Counted from the whole stretch's first letter, positions 24,879 through 36,456 are shown. The stretch: DNA of 62,439 nt, filler included, from Catajapyx aquilonaris (GCA_000934665.2; 4 parts of 4 records of this genome joined end to end with filler, not necessarily neighbours in it), one strand, 5' to 3'. Numbers and translations: made by a program. The notes: a model not told the origin generated them from the sequence alone.

Positions 24879-26328
24879 CAGTGTTTAAAAAAAAGTTTTC
24901 AACATTATGTTATTGGTGTGACGCATTCAACTTCCTGTTGCTCATAACCTTGAGAGCATTACATCGGGTGCTATTTGGACACCATCTTTCATATTACTGG
25001 CTGGGATGCTGTGATTGGTCAGTAGTACGAAACACCTGAAATGTAATGGACATCTTGATTAGGGCTCTTTGAAATGATTCGAATGGTCAAGGTTTCTAGC
25101 AATTAGCGAGCCGGATGAACTTTTTTTTTGCCTTGTAGTAAATGATGAAGCTTGTGAAATAAACTCGGGATAGTTGAAGGGGCTCTAGGGCGGGCGTTCG
25201 AAAACTGACCCAGCACGTAAATATCATATGCTCTAGCCCACGTACATTATTTTTAGTCTCTGTTCAGGTTGGGTTACAAAGGGTTGCCACTGGTTGCTTA
25301 TTGGTTAGTTGGTAACCGTCGATGCCACTGGTTGCTCCTGGTTGCTTGAGTTTACCTGCAGGTTGCTGATTACCAGCCGGTTTCCAATCAATTCCTCGAC
25401 GTCCAGGACATTTCAGTCTATTCTCTCTAGAAAAACTCTATGGTTCTGAACTTCTGATGGCCTAGAACCAATCCCCGGCGTAAAAAAGGCTACGTTCTCA
25501 TGTAGAATAGGGAAAGGTATGCAATTAAATGCATGCCTAAAATTGGGTGACATGATTGGTTTAATATTAAGACCTGACACTGACAAGAGGATCTGCATGA
25601 TACATACCTTACAGGACCAATGTTTTCAAACATTTCGCTACAGTGATGTAATTGCTATAGCATAAAACTGACTCGGTCAACAGAACGCACGAGTTAGACA
25701 ATGCCTTAATTTTTGGTAGTTATTTTTACCTCATGTTCATGCAACTAGCTCTAAATAATAATTTATTTAGCACAAAACATACAAGCCATTACAAGCAGCC
25801 TGACCATGCAATATTGCTGAAGCAACGCAGAGCAGCAGTAGGAAAAGAGTGCCCTTCACATGCTCGTTATTGCATCCTGGCACAGTTTGTTGCGTCCACG
25901 TGCATCTCTGACTGACTCAAGTTAGGAAATTGTAAGTAATCATATGAGAGGACAACATGGAGGGAATTTGAGCCGGTGCAAGTAAAAATACTAGCTTTAT
26001 GGAAATATCGGTATACATCAGTATTATCATTGAGAGATCACTGATGCTATTTCCTGGGAAATATGAGCTACCACATCAAAATATACGGTACCGTATTTCA
26101 CTTCAGGGCATGTTTCACCACATGAGCACGACCCGCAGGTACAAAATGTACGGTATATTTCTGTGTTTAAATACAACAGAAAATGAAACATTATAAATAT
26201 AATCAAAGCCATTGACCAAAGCCTGTTGAGTACCTGGAAATTACTTTATATCCTCTAGGAGTCCAGGCTATGCTGTTCGCCACTGTGATATGCACAAGGT
26301 CATAGGGCATAGCCATTCCAATCTGAGG

Positions 26329-26786
26329 AAAAAAGGATTTATTTGTGGCAAATATTAGCAAAGAGGAGGGTTTGTGCCACGGTAACATATTGTCCTTTAC
26401 GACGGGGTCGGCTAGCGACTTCGTCGACAAGCGACTGGATCGACTAGCGACTTCGCCCGCTTTCAGTGCTGGACATTAATGTCAACACTGTCCCAACGAC
26501 TGTGAGTTCCAGGCCGTGCCCGTCAACTGGATGCCTCACAACCCAAGGTAGTGTGCACCCCCCTAAGGGGGTATGCTCTCACTTCTTGAGTTTTAGGTCG
26601 TTTTTAGTTTTGTTGTAGTAGTTTTGTAGTAGTTTTTTTTTTGCGATGTTGTTGCAAGGGCACGTCGCACGTGTGCGGTTGCGGGGGTGCAGGGCTCCCT
26701 TCGCAAAGGGGTACCGTTTTGCCGGTACATCCCCTCCTCCAGCCTCCAAATCGCTTGGATTACAAGAGTACGCTACCACTCCCAGC
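26329..26786 (-). ncRNA. 7SL Alu-domain-headed ncRNA, type A, copy 2
   Basis: GCTGGGAGTGGTAGCGTACTCTTGTAATCCAAGCGATTTGGAGGCTG head, A-rich linker, covarying 3' hairpins; first T-run of 4 or more at 26334-26329, so the 3' end is uncertain. Confidence 0.7.
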
Positions 26787-26814
26787 TGTCTGTTCAGTCT
26801 TCCGTAGTTGGGCT

Positions 26815-26934
26815 GGGGGTATTTAAGCATCAAAGTCCACTCAGATATATGACCGCCCCAGTCCGGATGGAGCCATATTTGGTCCAGCAGCTGCGTCCGG
26901 CAAATAATCTTGTGCGAGCCATGGTTTTGTATCC
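26815..26934 (-). promoter_or_regulatory. Upstream promoter of RNA A2
   Basis: TTAAATA (26826-26820), CArG at 26873-26882; near-identical to 23626-23745. Confidence 0.65.
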
Positions 26935-27800
26935 CCTGTACCTTGTTTTTATACATACATGAGCTTTTACAATAATGACTTCTTTTAGTTAATGAATTTA
27001 TGATTATTTCGCCAGATGCACATTTAAAAATTAGGCGGTCGCATTATAGTTATAGCCGAGAGCAAAACCCCCTTTGAAGACATACACTTTGTAAAGTAAT
27101 GTCCTAGGAATTTTCACAATGCTGGACATTTAGAAGCAGTTTCGAAAACAAAGGTTGTTCGACCAGTAACTACTCGTATTCTTCTCAGACAGTGCCGGAC
27201 AAGCTGACGTGCTGCAGGCACACACACACTCATTTTAACAGCATACCAATCGGCAAGAGTGTAGCCCAGTGTGTGATGTGTGCATCATCCAGTTTGAACA
27301 TGATACCAGTGGGTTGATCGAAGTTATTAATTCCCTTCTCTTGTGCACTTGTTAAACATTTCATCCTCTGTTAAAACTCAGAATGTTGGTTCCAAAACCT
27401 TCCAAAACCAAACGCTGGTGCGCTTGCAACCAACCACATGGCATCCAATGCAGGTTTCGACGCCACTGTGGAGATTTTCAGAACCTCCAAGGGACTACCC
27501 TGGTTGAACAGTATCATTCTTGGTGGTGATGGTGTAGTTATACTCCGGGTGCTCTCGATATAATTATTTCTAGGACAATTCAACAGAGACAAATCCTTCG
27601 TCCTCAGTTTTCTTGTGTCTCTTAATTTTAAGCCCATTAAATTGAAACTAGGAATCTCATGAGTCTCACACTCTCACACTCCTTCCTATGTATGCTGCTG
27701 CTGCTACCGTATTATATTCATCCCCGTTAAAATCATATCTCTCATGCTGTGGCGGGGTAATAGTGGTGGACACATGCATAAAAGCAATTGGAAAATAAGT

Positions 27801-28129
27801 AAAAATTGGGAAAGCGTGTAAGGAGATCAGAGAAGCCCCCGCGACGGGGGTGTCCGGAGACTCTCTCGATCCCACAGTCCAACGACATGGTGCCCCATGC
27901 CCCGAGAAGCACGTATAGCACCAAGTCCGAGGCTCAGTCCACTCCCACACCAACAGTATTTTTTGTTGAGAGTAAGATAGTGTTGAGCGGTTGTGGATTT
28001 AAGTCATATTCGGAGTCGCGAACTGGGAGTCGAGAACCCACCGCCGAGAGAACAGCCCGTTCTCGACTCATCCGACTTTCCCGGCCTCCCCGAAGCGTTG
28101 GATTACAGGAGTGCGCCACCACTCCCAGC
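27801..28129 (-). ncRNA. 7SL Alu-domain-headed ncRNA, type B, copy 2
   Basis: Same Alu head as B1, perfect GAGTCGAGAAC/GTTCTCGACTC stem, 3' hairpin CCCCCGTCGCGGGGG, T5 at 27805-27801. Confidence 0.75.
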
Positions 28130-28260
28130 CGATAACACTGGCATTCGGAGGGGGTATTTAAGCATCCGACTCTATAGTTCGCACATTACAGCATCTTTGG
28201 ACTAAAGGAGGTGAAGATGTCCGGTCAAGTCAACAGAGCCATTAAAGGTTGCGTTTATTG
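28130..28260 (-). promoter_or_regulatory. Upstream promoter of RNA B2
   Basis: GATGCTTAAATACCCC with TTAAATA at 28161-28155. Confidence 0.65.
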
Positions 28261-29397
28261 AAGTTTCTTTTTCAGAGTTTTCAACATTATGCAGGGGTGA
28301 CGCACGCATCTTCCTGTTGCTCATAACCTTGAGATGATTTCGTCGGGTGCTGTTTCGACACCATCTTTCATCTTACTGGCTGAGACGCTGTGATTCGTCA
28401 GTTCGAAACTCTTGAAATGTAACACGTGTTTACGAAAACACTCTTTGAAATGATTGGAATGGTCAACTAGTCTTCTGTCAATATATTAGCGAGCCGAATG
28501 GCTTTAACTTTTCCCTTTTCTTTGTTTCATAGTAAATGATTAAACTCGGGACCCCGCTGCTGGGTCAGCCCACAAATGTTCCATATCAGTAAATGATGAA
28601 GCCTATATGCTACAGCCCAATTACAGCAGGGGAGTCCGGGGATGTAGATGTAGTCCAGTCAAATTATGCGATTTTAGGCCTCAACCTAGAACAAACTGCA
28701 ACAGAAATGGTGTCAACTGATTCTATAGAAAAAAATGGCGCTGAAAACGATGGAACACAGTCTGCGACTGTCCGGTCGCCCCAAAAGCCGCCATCTTGAA
28801 AAAATGGCGGCCAAATCGGATATGTTGGACAAAAACATGTTCTATCACGGAAACGACTCGGTTTTAATGGAAAGTGAACTGGACATAAATGAAAGAGCAT
28901 AGAATGTACTTCAAGACGACACTTTCATCTTCTCTGTAGAGTGCATAGTGTCGAATCTAGACAATTGTTTATGTATTCTCAAGTATCGCATTTGCCATCT
29001 TATGGCAAACTGAGTCTTTCATGGTGAATTGGGATAAAAACAAGAGTTCTTTAGGCCTGTATGTGAAGTAGTATACGTGAATAACTGCATTTCATGCATT
29101 ACATGGTTACATAGATCTCCAACTACAGTAGCCTCCGGATATAACAGACTTCAATGGACTGCGGAATTCAGTCTGTTACAACCGAGATCTGTTGTAGGAA
29201 GATACACAGGGCATATATGGCAGTATGGCCGGTCCCAGCATACTTCCAAAAGGCCCTGTGCATATTCACTCCGGATATAACCGACTCATTTTTCACCTCA
29301 CATCGGCTATAACAGACAATTTCTTGGCCCTTCTGTCAGTTCTGTGGGAAAATATGCTGTTTTCGATTACTCGGCGTCTACTTCCCACGCGAGGAAA

Positions 29398-29560
29398 GCA
29401 CTGCAAGGGGGTAACCACTGGACTGAAAAGTGTACACTGGAGTACCTAATTCAAGGAGTACCAGGGAGTACCAAAGAGTAAAGTACCTAAGGAGTACCAG
29501 GGAGTACCACTTGCAGGTGTACACCGGAGTACCGAAGTGATTACCCCCTTGAAGCACTGC
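29398..29560. mobile_element. Small MITE-like insert with GGAGTACC repeats
   Basis: CAAGGGGGTAACCACT / AGTGATTACCCCCTTG inverted ends and internal GGAGTACC repeats. Confidence 0.5.
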
Positions 29561-29936
29561 ATACTGGAAAGGCTGTGATTTCCCCAAGGGTCACTGATCT
29601 ATAACACTTGCCGAAAAGGTCAAAGTCATACTTTTTCTGATAAAATTGAAGGCAGCAAAAATTACGTTTTTTTTTTTTGGTCCTGCGTTATTTACGGACG
29701 AGCCAATTTCGCATTTGGTAGAATGATAGAAACCAATCCGTATGCGGTAGTGTGCATTACAGGCAAATGGAATGCAGAAAACCCTGTGTATTCGGTGCAA
29801 AAATGGCGAGATGGCAATAACAGACCTCGGTTATAACAGACTGATTTCAGAAATACCTAACACTGACCAAGCACAATATTGGAAATGAAAATAATTATAG
29901 GAAGTATGATAAATGCAAGAGAATGACACACTACAC

Positions 29937-30130
29937 CAGTGTTTCTCAACCTTTTTACCCTTGCAGAACCCTTGAAATAATATTCATGTCTCAGGGAATA
30001 CTTATATAAAAATTATTTTATATCAATTAGTGACTCAAAAATACATTTACATGGCCGTGATTAGCTTACTCATTACTATTTCTAGTGGAATCCTGGCGAT
30101 TGCTCGCAGAACCTTGGTTGAGAAACACTC
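29937..30130. mobile_element. hAT (Charlie-type) MITE
   Basis: TIR CAGTGTTTCTCAACC / GGTTGAGAAACACTC, perfect 8-bp TSD CACTACAC. Confidence 0.92.
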
Positions 30131-31070
30131 CACTACACCTTCAAAAGAAACAAACAGGTGCGGAATTTGATTTCGAATCTCACTGTGCACCGTGGAAATG
30201 ATTCCTTTCAAGATGTACAGTATATACACAATATTATCGTTTTTTCAACTATTGTTGGTGTGTGCTCCAATATAGGCGTATAACAAGAATTTCTCAATCT
30301 GTTCTCATATTTTTGTACTGTGATGCACTTCGATCCCTGCAAGAGTTTTTGATTCTGAAAGACTAGTGAGGGAGACACTAAAGTCTCAACTTCCTAAAGT
30401 AATGCATAAATCAACTCAATCTGCAGTGGGTGTACAAAAAGTCAGTGTGCTACAAAGCAATGCAACTGTAAAAACCACGAATTTCTTTGTACAGAGTACT
30501 ACAGCATGCTCGGAAATGTCAAGGAACTAGTTGTTAGAATGGCTACAAGTGAGAAGTAGACGCCGAGTAATCGAAAACAGCATATTTTCCCACAGAACTG
30601 ACAGAAGGGCCAAGAAATTGCCTGTTATAGCCGATGTGAGGTGAAAAATGAGTCGGTTATATCCGGAGTGAATATGCACAGGGCCTTTTGGAAGTATGCT
30701 GGGACCGGCCATACTGCCATATATGCCCTGTGTATCTTCCTACAACAGATCTCGGTTGTAACAGACTGAATTCCGCAGTCCATTGAAGTCTGTTATATCC
30801 GGAGGCTACTGTAGTTGGAGATCTATGTAACCATGTAATGCATGAAATGCAGTTATTCACGTATACTACTTCACATACAGGCCTAAAGAACTCTTGTTTT
30901 TATCCCAATTCACCATGAAAGACTCAGTTTGCCATAAGATGGCAAATGCGATACTTGAGAATACATAAACAAATGTCTAGATTCGACACTATGCACTCTA
31001 CAGAGAAGATGAAAGTGTCGTCTTGAAGTACATTCTATGCTCTTTCATTTATGTCCAGTTCACTTTCCAT

Positions 31071-31170
31071 NNNNNNNNNNNNNNNNNNNNNNNNNNNNNN
31101 NNNNNNNNNNNNNNTTAATTAATTAANNNNNNNNNNNNNNNNNNNNNNNNNNNNNNNNNNNNNNNNNNNN
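31071..31170. other. Artificial contig spacer
   Basis: 44 N + TTAATTAATTAA + 44 N. Confidence 0.97.
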
Positions 31171-32559
31171 TGTTTTAAGGGATAAACATATACCGGTATT
31201 TGTTTTCAAGTCACAATAAAGGCACTGCTTTTCTGCATTCGTTAGCTTGTGACTGCACTTCTTTTTGGGTCTCATTCTGAATTCTTTAGGGGAAAAATAC
31301 CACAGTTGTAAGATTTGCCTAATTAGGCCTATATCTTACTCCTACTACAATACACTGTAAGTGTAAGCTCTGTTGCATTTTATAACCTCTGTTACTGTTC
31401 TGTAATATATGTTTCTGGTAAAGTAGGTGATAACAGCGGTTATACACATAACAGAGGCTACATGCACTATGCTCTATTTAAAAAAAACATTTTTTGAAGG
31501 CAGAATATTTTTACTGAAATTATCAGTCAAATTGTCTGATAGATAGAGGTGCCAAATCTACACTTGTGAGATTTGTAGCTTTTCTAAAATCTCAACAAAC
31601 AGGCTATAAAAAAATCTGTCACAGAGGTTACAAAGAGAAAAAACCCATACCTGCAAACTACTGTAATGTTGTAATCCCACTGCACCTGAAGTTCACATCA
31701 TAGACTCCAAAATGTATTCTGGGATTGTTTGCTCCCTCCTGAACTTCACTTCTGTCCAGTGTTGCCCCACTTGTGATAAAAATTGAAAACGGTACAAGTG
31801 ATAACAGAGGTTACAAAAACCCCTGACAGCACTTTTTCAGCAAAATATATAGGCCTATACAGGAAATTGATTTCAAGAATTGATTTTTGTAAATCCTGTT
31901 GACCATAGTGTTTGATATTGTGATGAAACGCTTAAAGAGGAGAAAATATAATGTTACAGAACTACTACGTGAACAATATATTCCCAAAGAAGCGTACGGA
32001 CAGTGAGAAAGTAGCTGTGTGATGGAAAAAATATTTTATATCGTATTTAAATAATGTTTTTAACTCATTTAATACATTTAGTATGAGATAATAAAATACT
32101 TTAAAAAGTAATAGTAACATGGAGCAATCGAGCAAAAGCAGCTAAAGGCTGACGAGAAATTAACATTCTATTTTCAGGACATGAAAAGTGCAAGTCAATT
32201 AGCTACTCAATTTAGAATGAACCCTGCACATACAGATATACGGTAGTCTTACTCACCTCATGAGGAGGTTTGAAAAGAGAAGTTACAAATTATATACCCC
32301 AGGCAATAGGTTTAAAGAGAAGCGCAACACTTCTGACTTGAATCACTTGAATGTGGTCCTGATTGTTGCTTCCAAAAGGACCACCCATTTTGAAACTGGT
32401 TTCTGGAGTAAACAATCCATAACTTATTTTTTTTACTCGACTTTGGGCAGCACCAACGAGGTATAAGTAGGATTTAGGATTATAATTTATGATTATAGGA
32501 TTTGCACCTCGTTGGGCAGCACCCTTACTCTTTGGGCAGCACACACATACCCTGGTTCG

Positions 32560-32985
32560 CAGCGCCACAGGCGGCTGTTAGACAAGTGCATCCTGGCCTG
32601 GCAGTTCGGGCTGCTGGTCATGCGAGTGGTCATGCCTTCTCCCTTTCCCACCCCACCACCTCTGCCCCAACGCCTGCTTCGTCCCCCACTCCCCCACCAC
32701 TTCCATCGTGGCAGCAGAACAAATATGGCGGCGTCTGACTCCGCAAATCACCAGGTGATAGTGTGATTAACTGCTAATTTGACATTTTCCTGCTCCGGCC
32801 CGTGAGAGAAGAGGGCAGAGGAGAGACACATTGGAGAGCACGCTGCCTGGAGTCCGGTGCACATAACCTTCCAGGTGATCACAACCGCCTTTCTGGTGGG
32901 AAGAGGCAGGAAAAAATAAGTGTAAAGGGAATCATAAAAGTCGTACCGCTATTTTTCGGCGCATCTGCAATACTTAGGGAAAGTA
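32560..32985 (+). promoter_or_regulatory. GC-rich promoter/5' region of YIF1
   Basis: GC-rich island with a YY1-like AATATGGCGGC (32722-32732) just upstream of the first coding exon. Confidence 0.5.
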
Positions 32986-33010
32986 ATGGACTTGCAAGGA
33001 GGAAGGCATC
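32986..33010 (+). CDS. YIF1: YIF1 first coding exon (MDLQGGRH)
   Basis: ATG...CATC|GTAAGT consensus donor in phase 1, matching the phase of the acceptor before 39772. Confidence 0.65.
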
Positions 33011-33331
33011 GTAAGTGTATGTTCACGTGCACATAATTTGCTTGGACTTTTTAGTTGCTGCTTGATGGGAGCACGTGTAGGGTGTGATGCGTGACGGAGT
33101 GGTGTGTTAACAGTGTGCCGATGCATGTGATGCTGTGTGGGTATGATGTAGGTTGTTGTGTGTATGTATGCTTTGGGGCTTAACATGGAGATTAAGCAGG
33201 TGTCTTTTCTTCTTTGATAATTGAGGTGTTACCAGATTTAGAGGCATGTGCATAACTTGCCGATTTGAAATGTGCAAGAACACCCTGTACTAAAGGCTGG
33301 TTTCAACTAGCACCAAATGCCAATACCAAAA

Positions 33332-34647
33332 GGGTCATTCCATGTCAAATCATCACAGTTTGGAATTAAAATATGCCTTGACCCCTCAGATTTTGATGAA
33401 ACTTGGTGTATCTAGTGTCCTTACATAGTTACGAATGAAAACCAAAAGAAATAATTTTTTTGGCCTACCATTCAAGAGTTATTAAATATTAAATATTCCA
33501 ATTTTGACTAAAAATTGCTGCGTCTTGAAATACTCAAGTATTATTTTCTCAGGAACCAGATGAGATATAAACCTGGGGAATGTCTCATATTGAAGGTCTT
33601 TCCATGGGCTTTAATTTGATATGTAACACGGCAGAGGTTATCATATTTATTTAAAATTTTAACTCAATTAAATCTTTAAATTTAAATGATATTAAATGAA
33701 ATTTTTAAAATTTTGAAAAAATTCCCAAAATGACTTTGTACTGTCCTCTTGCATCTCCCAAAGTGTCATTTTGGGATCGCAATGGGATCAGGTGATACAG
33801 AGAGTACACGTTTCACACATGCCGGAAAACACCCATCATACCCAATCCAGGTTTTCACAAAAGTCACTTATATTGCCAGTAGCTTTAAAAATCATGATAG
33901 TGCTTAATAAACATTTCATTCTTAGTGTATATCAACTAAATAATTAACTTAAAGGTGTAAGAAAAAAATTATGTTTCATCAACTTGCCCCGAAAAAAACA
34001 AATGTTAATAATAATAATTTTTTTCTTACGCATTTAAGTTAATTATTTAGTTGATATACACTAAGAATGAAATGTTTATTAAGCACTATCATGATTTTTA
34101 AAGCTACTGGCAATATAAGTGACTTTTGTGAAAACCTGGATTGGGTATGATGGGTATTTTCCGGCATGTGTGAAACGTGTACTCTCTGTATCACCTGATC
34201 CCATTGCGATCCCAAAATGACACTTTGGGAGATGCAAGAGGACAGTACAAAGTCATTTTGGGAATTTTTTCAAAATTTTAAAAATATCATTTTTTGAAAT
34301 ATTTAAATTTAAAGATTTAATTGAGTTAAAATTTTTAAATAAATATGATAACCTCTGCCGTGTTACATATCAAATTAAAGCCCATGGAAAGACCTTCAAT
34401 ATGAGACATTCCCCAGGTTTATATCTCATCTGGTTCCTGAGAAAATAATACTTGAGTATTTCAAGACGCAGCAATTTTTAGTCAAAATTGGAATATTTAA
34501 TATTTAATAACTCTTGAATGGTAGGCCAAAAAAATTATTTCTTTTGGTTTTCATTCATAACTATGTAAGGACACTAGATACACCAAGTTTCATCAAAATC
34601 TGAGGGGTCAAGGCCTATCGCTGTGATGATTTGACATGGAATGACCC
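33332..34647. mobile_element. Foldback non-autonomous DNA transposon (Sola2-like)
   Basis: GGGTCATTCCATGTCAAATCATCACAG / CTGTGATGATTTGACATGGAATGACCC termini, arms over 600 bp and nearly perfect, 4-bp TSD AAAA. Confidence 0.88.
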
Positions 34648-35554
34648 AAAATGCACTGCTGTGATATTTAATATTTTTGCAGAATAATTGAAAAATTGTA
34701 TTGGCCGGAGTAGTGGCCGGTGGCGAGGGAGGGGGGTGGGGGGGCTTGATTTGGCGAAGTACCGTATTGCATAGTGTAATATTTAAATTTAATATTCAGT
34801 GTCTGTCGTCTGAGATGGGCAGGGGTGGGGTGTGGGACGGGTTGTGGATAGTTTTATTTTCAAAAGTTTTAATTTAGTTCATATGTTGGGTTAGCTTGTG
34901 TCTCCCTTCATCGTTGACTACCCCTCATAGGGAAATGTCGTGATGTTGTTGTTGCTGTTGCAGTTGTTGCAGTTATAATTTGGCAGCAGGTAAAATTTGC
35001 ACCATAGTTTGTGACATTTTACTTAAACATCATTGCAATTTTATCATGTACTGAATTAGAATTGACGCAGAAAAAAAAATGTACCAAACTCGCCCTTTTT
35101 GAAAATAACGTGCTGTGTTCTTTTGGGATAGATATTTGTGCTGATGGAAATTGACCTTGGGAAAAATGATGCCAAAAACTAGATTTGCTAATATTGCATC
35201 ACAGCTGAATTATGACCCTAATAATATTGTGCAGTAGCTGTCCTGGAGATTTGCATGAGTAAACTCATGTCAAAAGTAGAGGTTCAGTGCCTCAGACTTC
35301 TTGTATTGGGGAGAAATTAATTTGGCAGAGAGTACACCTACTGATGCAACAAACAGGGTTATTCAAAATACTTGTCCGACTATTATGGCTATTTGTTGGA
35401 ACTAAGCTACTCATTTTTAGGCCGTTACTTTTGCATAGTTTTAATGGTTGTCAAAAGTGTTAGCTGCTAATATTACACCAAACTTAAGCAGCTATTCCAG
35501 CTCAGAAGTGCAAAGTATTTCCAATAAGGCATGGCCCATTGGAACAGTTGTCAT

Positions 35555-35812
35555 CGCAAGGGTGGTGTAGTGGTTAGCGCCACAGCCTTCCACTTCTGAG
35601 GTTCTGAGTTCCTTCCCTGGGTTGGACAGAGGGTACTTATGTGAATAGAGTTTCAATGGGTTCTCTCCGTGTTCGCATGGGTTTTCTCGGGGCTCTCCCA
35701 TTTTCCTCCCACAATCAAAACCCATCACAGCACAGGCAATGATTAAATGTGGTTGATTAAAATATGATCCCCTACAAGGCCCAAGGAGGCCTGTCATGGG
35801 ATATCCATTATA
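35555..35812 (+). mobile_element. tRNA-derived SINE with V-domain-like core
   Basis: A box TGGTGTAGTGG; core GTTCTCTCCGTGTTCGCATGGGTTTTCTCGGGGCTCTCCCATTTTCCTCCCACAATCAAAA resembles the V-SINE central domain. Confidence 0.75.
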
Positions 35813-35824
35813 TTATTATGATAT

Positions 35825-36185
35825 GGGGAGGTGTGGTGGCCGAGATGGTAACGTCTTGGCTTGCTGAGTGAAAGGCCCCAGGTTCGATCCCCGCCTGGGG
35901 AACTTTCCTTTCACCTGCGTCAGGAGGGTCTCTGACCTGCACCGAGGAGGTGTCTGGCAACCTAACCTCCTGGGGGACTGCACATGACCCATTTAACGAC
36001 ATTGCACCTGCACCCGTGTCCCCTCCCCGAAAAATCCCTATCCTTACCCAAATTCCTTGATTCCTTGCACCAGAGTGGAAGTTAAAAGAAAAAAAAAATT
36101 GAAAGATAAAATAAAGGTTCATGCGATATACCCCATAAGGGGTGAAAGCATTACCCACAATTATTAAAATTATCAATTATTATTA
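35825..36185 (+). mobile_element. tRNA-derived SINE inserted in the tail of the previous SINE
   Basis: A box GTGGCCGAGATGG, B box GGTTCGATCCC, CCCCATAAGGGG tail hairpin and ATT repeats. Confidence 0.8.
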
Positions 36186-36186
36186 T

Positions 36187-36249
<63 letters not shown>

Positions 36250-36306
36250 ATTATTATTTATTTATTCTACCCCATTAGCTGGCCTATTGGCCATTTTTAG
36301 GGGGAC

Positions 36307-36371
<65 letters not shown>

Positions 36372-36402
36372 AATAATATTAATTATTAATATATTAATAT
36401 TA

Positions 36403-36447
<45 letters not shown>

Positions 36448-36456
36448 AATAATAAT
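36187..36456. repeat. (ATG)n and (ATT)n microsatellites with a short retroposon tail between them
   Basis: Direct read; tail-like CCCCATTAGCTGGCC..GGCCATTTTTAGGGGG at ~36270-36304. Confidence 0.9.

Larger units (their letters stand above)
22475..25172. repeat. Tandem duplication unit 1
   Basis: Colinear with 25518-28551, from CCTAAAATTGGGTGACA to TAAACTCGGGA; many substitutions and indels. Confidence 0.9.
25518..28551. repeat. Tandem duplication unit 2
   Basis: Colinear with unit 1; carries an extra ~230 bp at ~27600-27830. Confidence 0.9.
28867..31070. repeat. 518-bp inverted repeat pair (28867-29384 / 30553-31070) containing Tc1/pogo-like termini
   Basis: The arms are reverse complements with about two mismatches; TACAGTAGCCTCCGGATATAAC lies inside each arm; the right arm ends at the gap. 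Confidence 0.9.

Noticed and set aside
26556..26575. CACCCCCCTAAGGGG similarity between the RNA A hairpin and the SINE tails
   Set aside because: Short, low-complexity, palindromic and antisense to RNA A; chance is likely.
29440..29535. CRISPR-like spaced repeats (also the CTATAACTCGAA repeats at 44640-45150)
   Set aside because: Short irregular subterminal repeats of MITEs in eukaryotic DNA; no unique spacers or cas genes.
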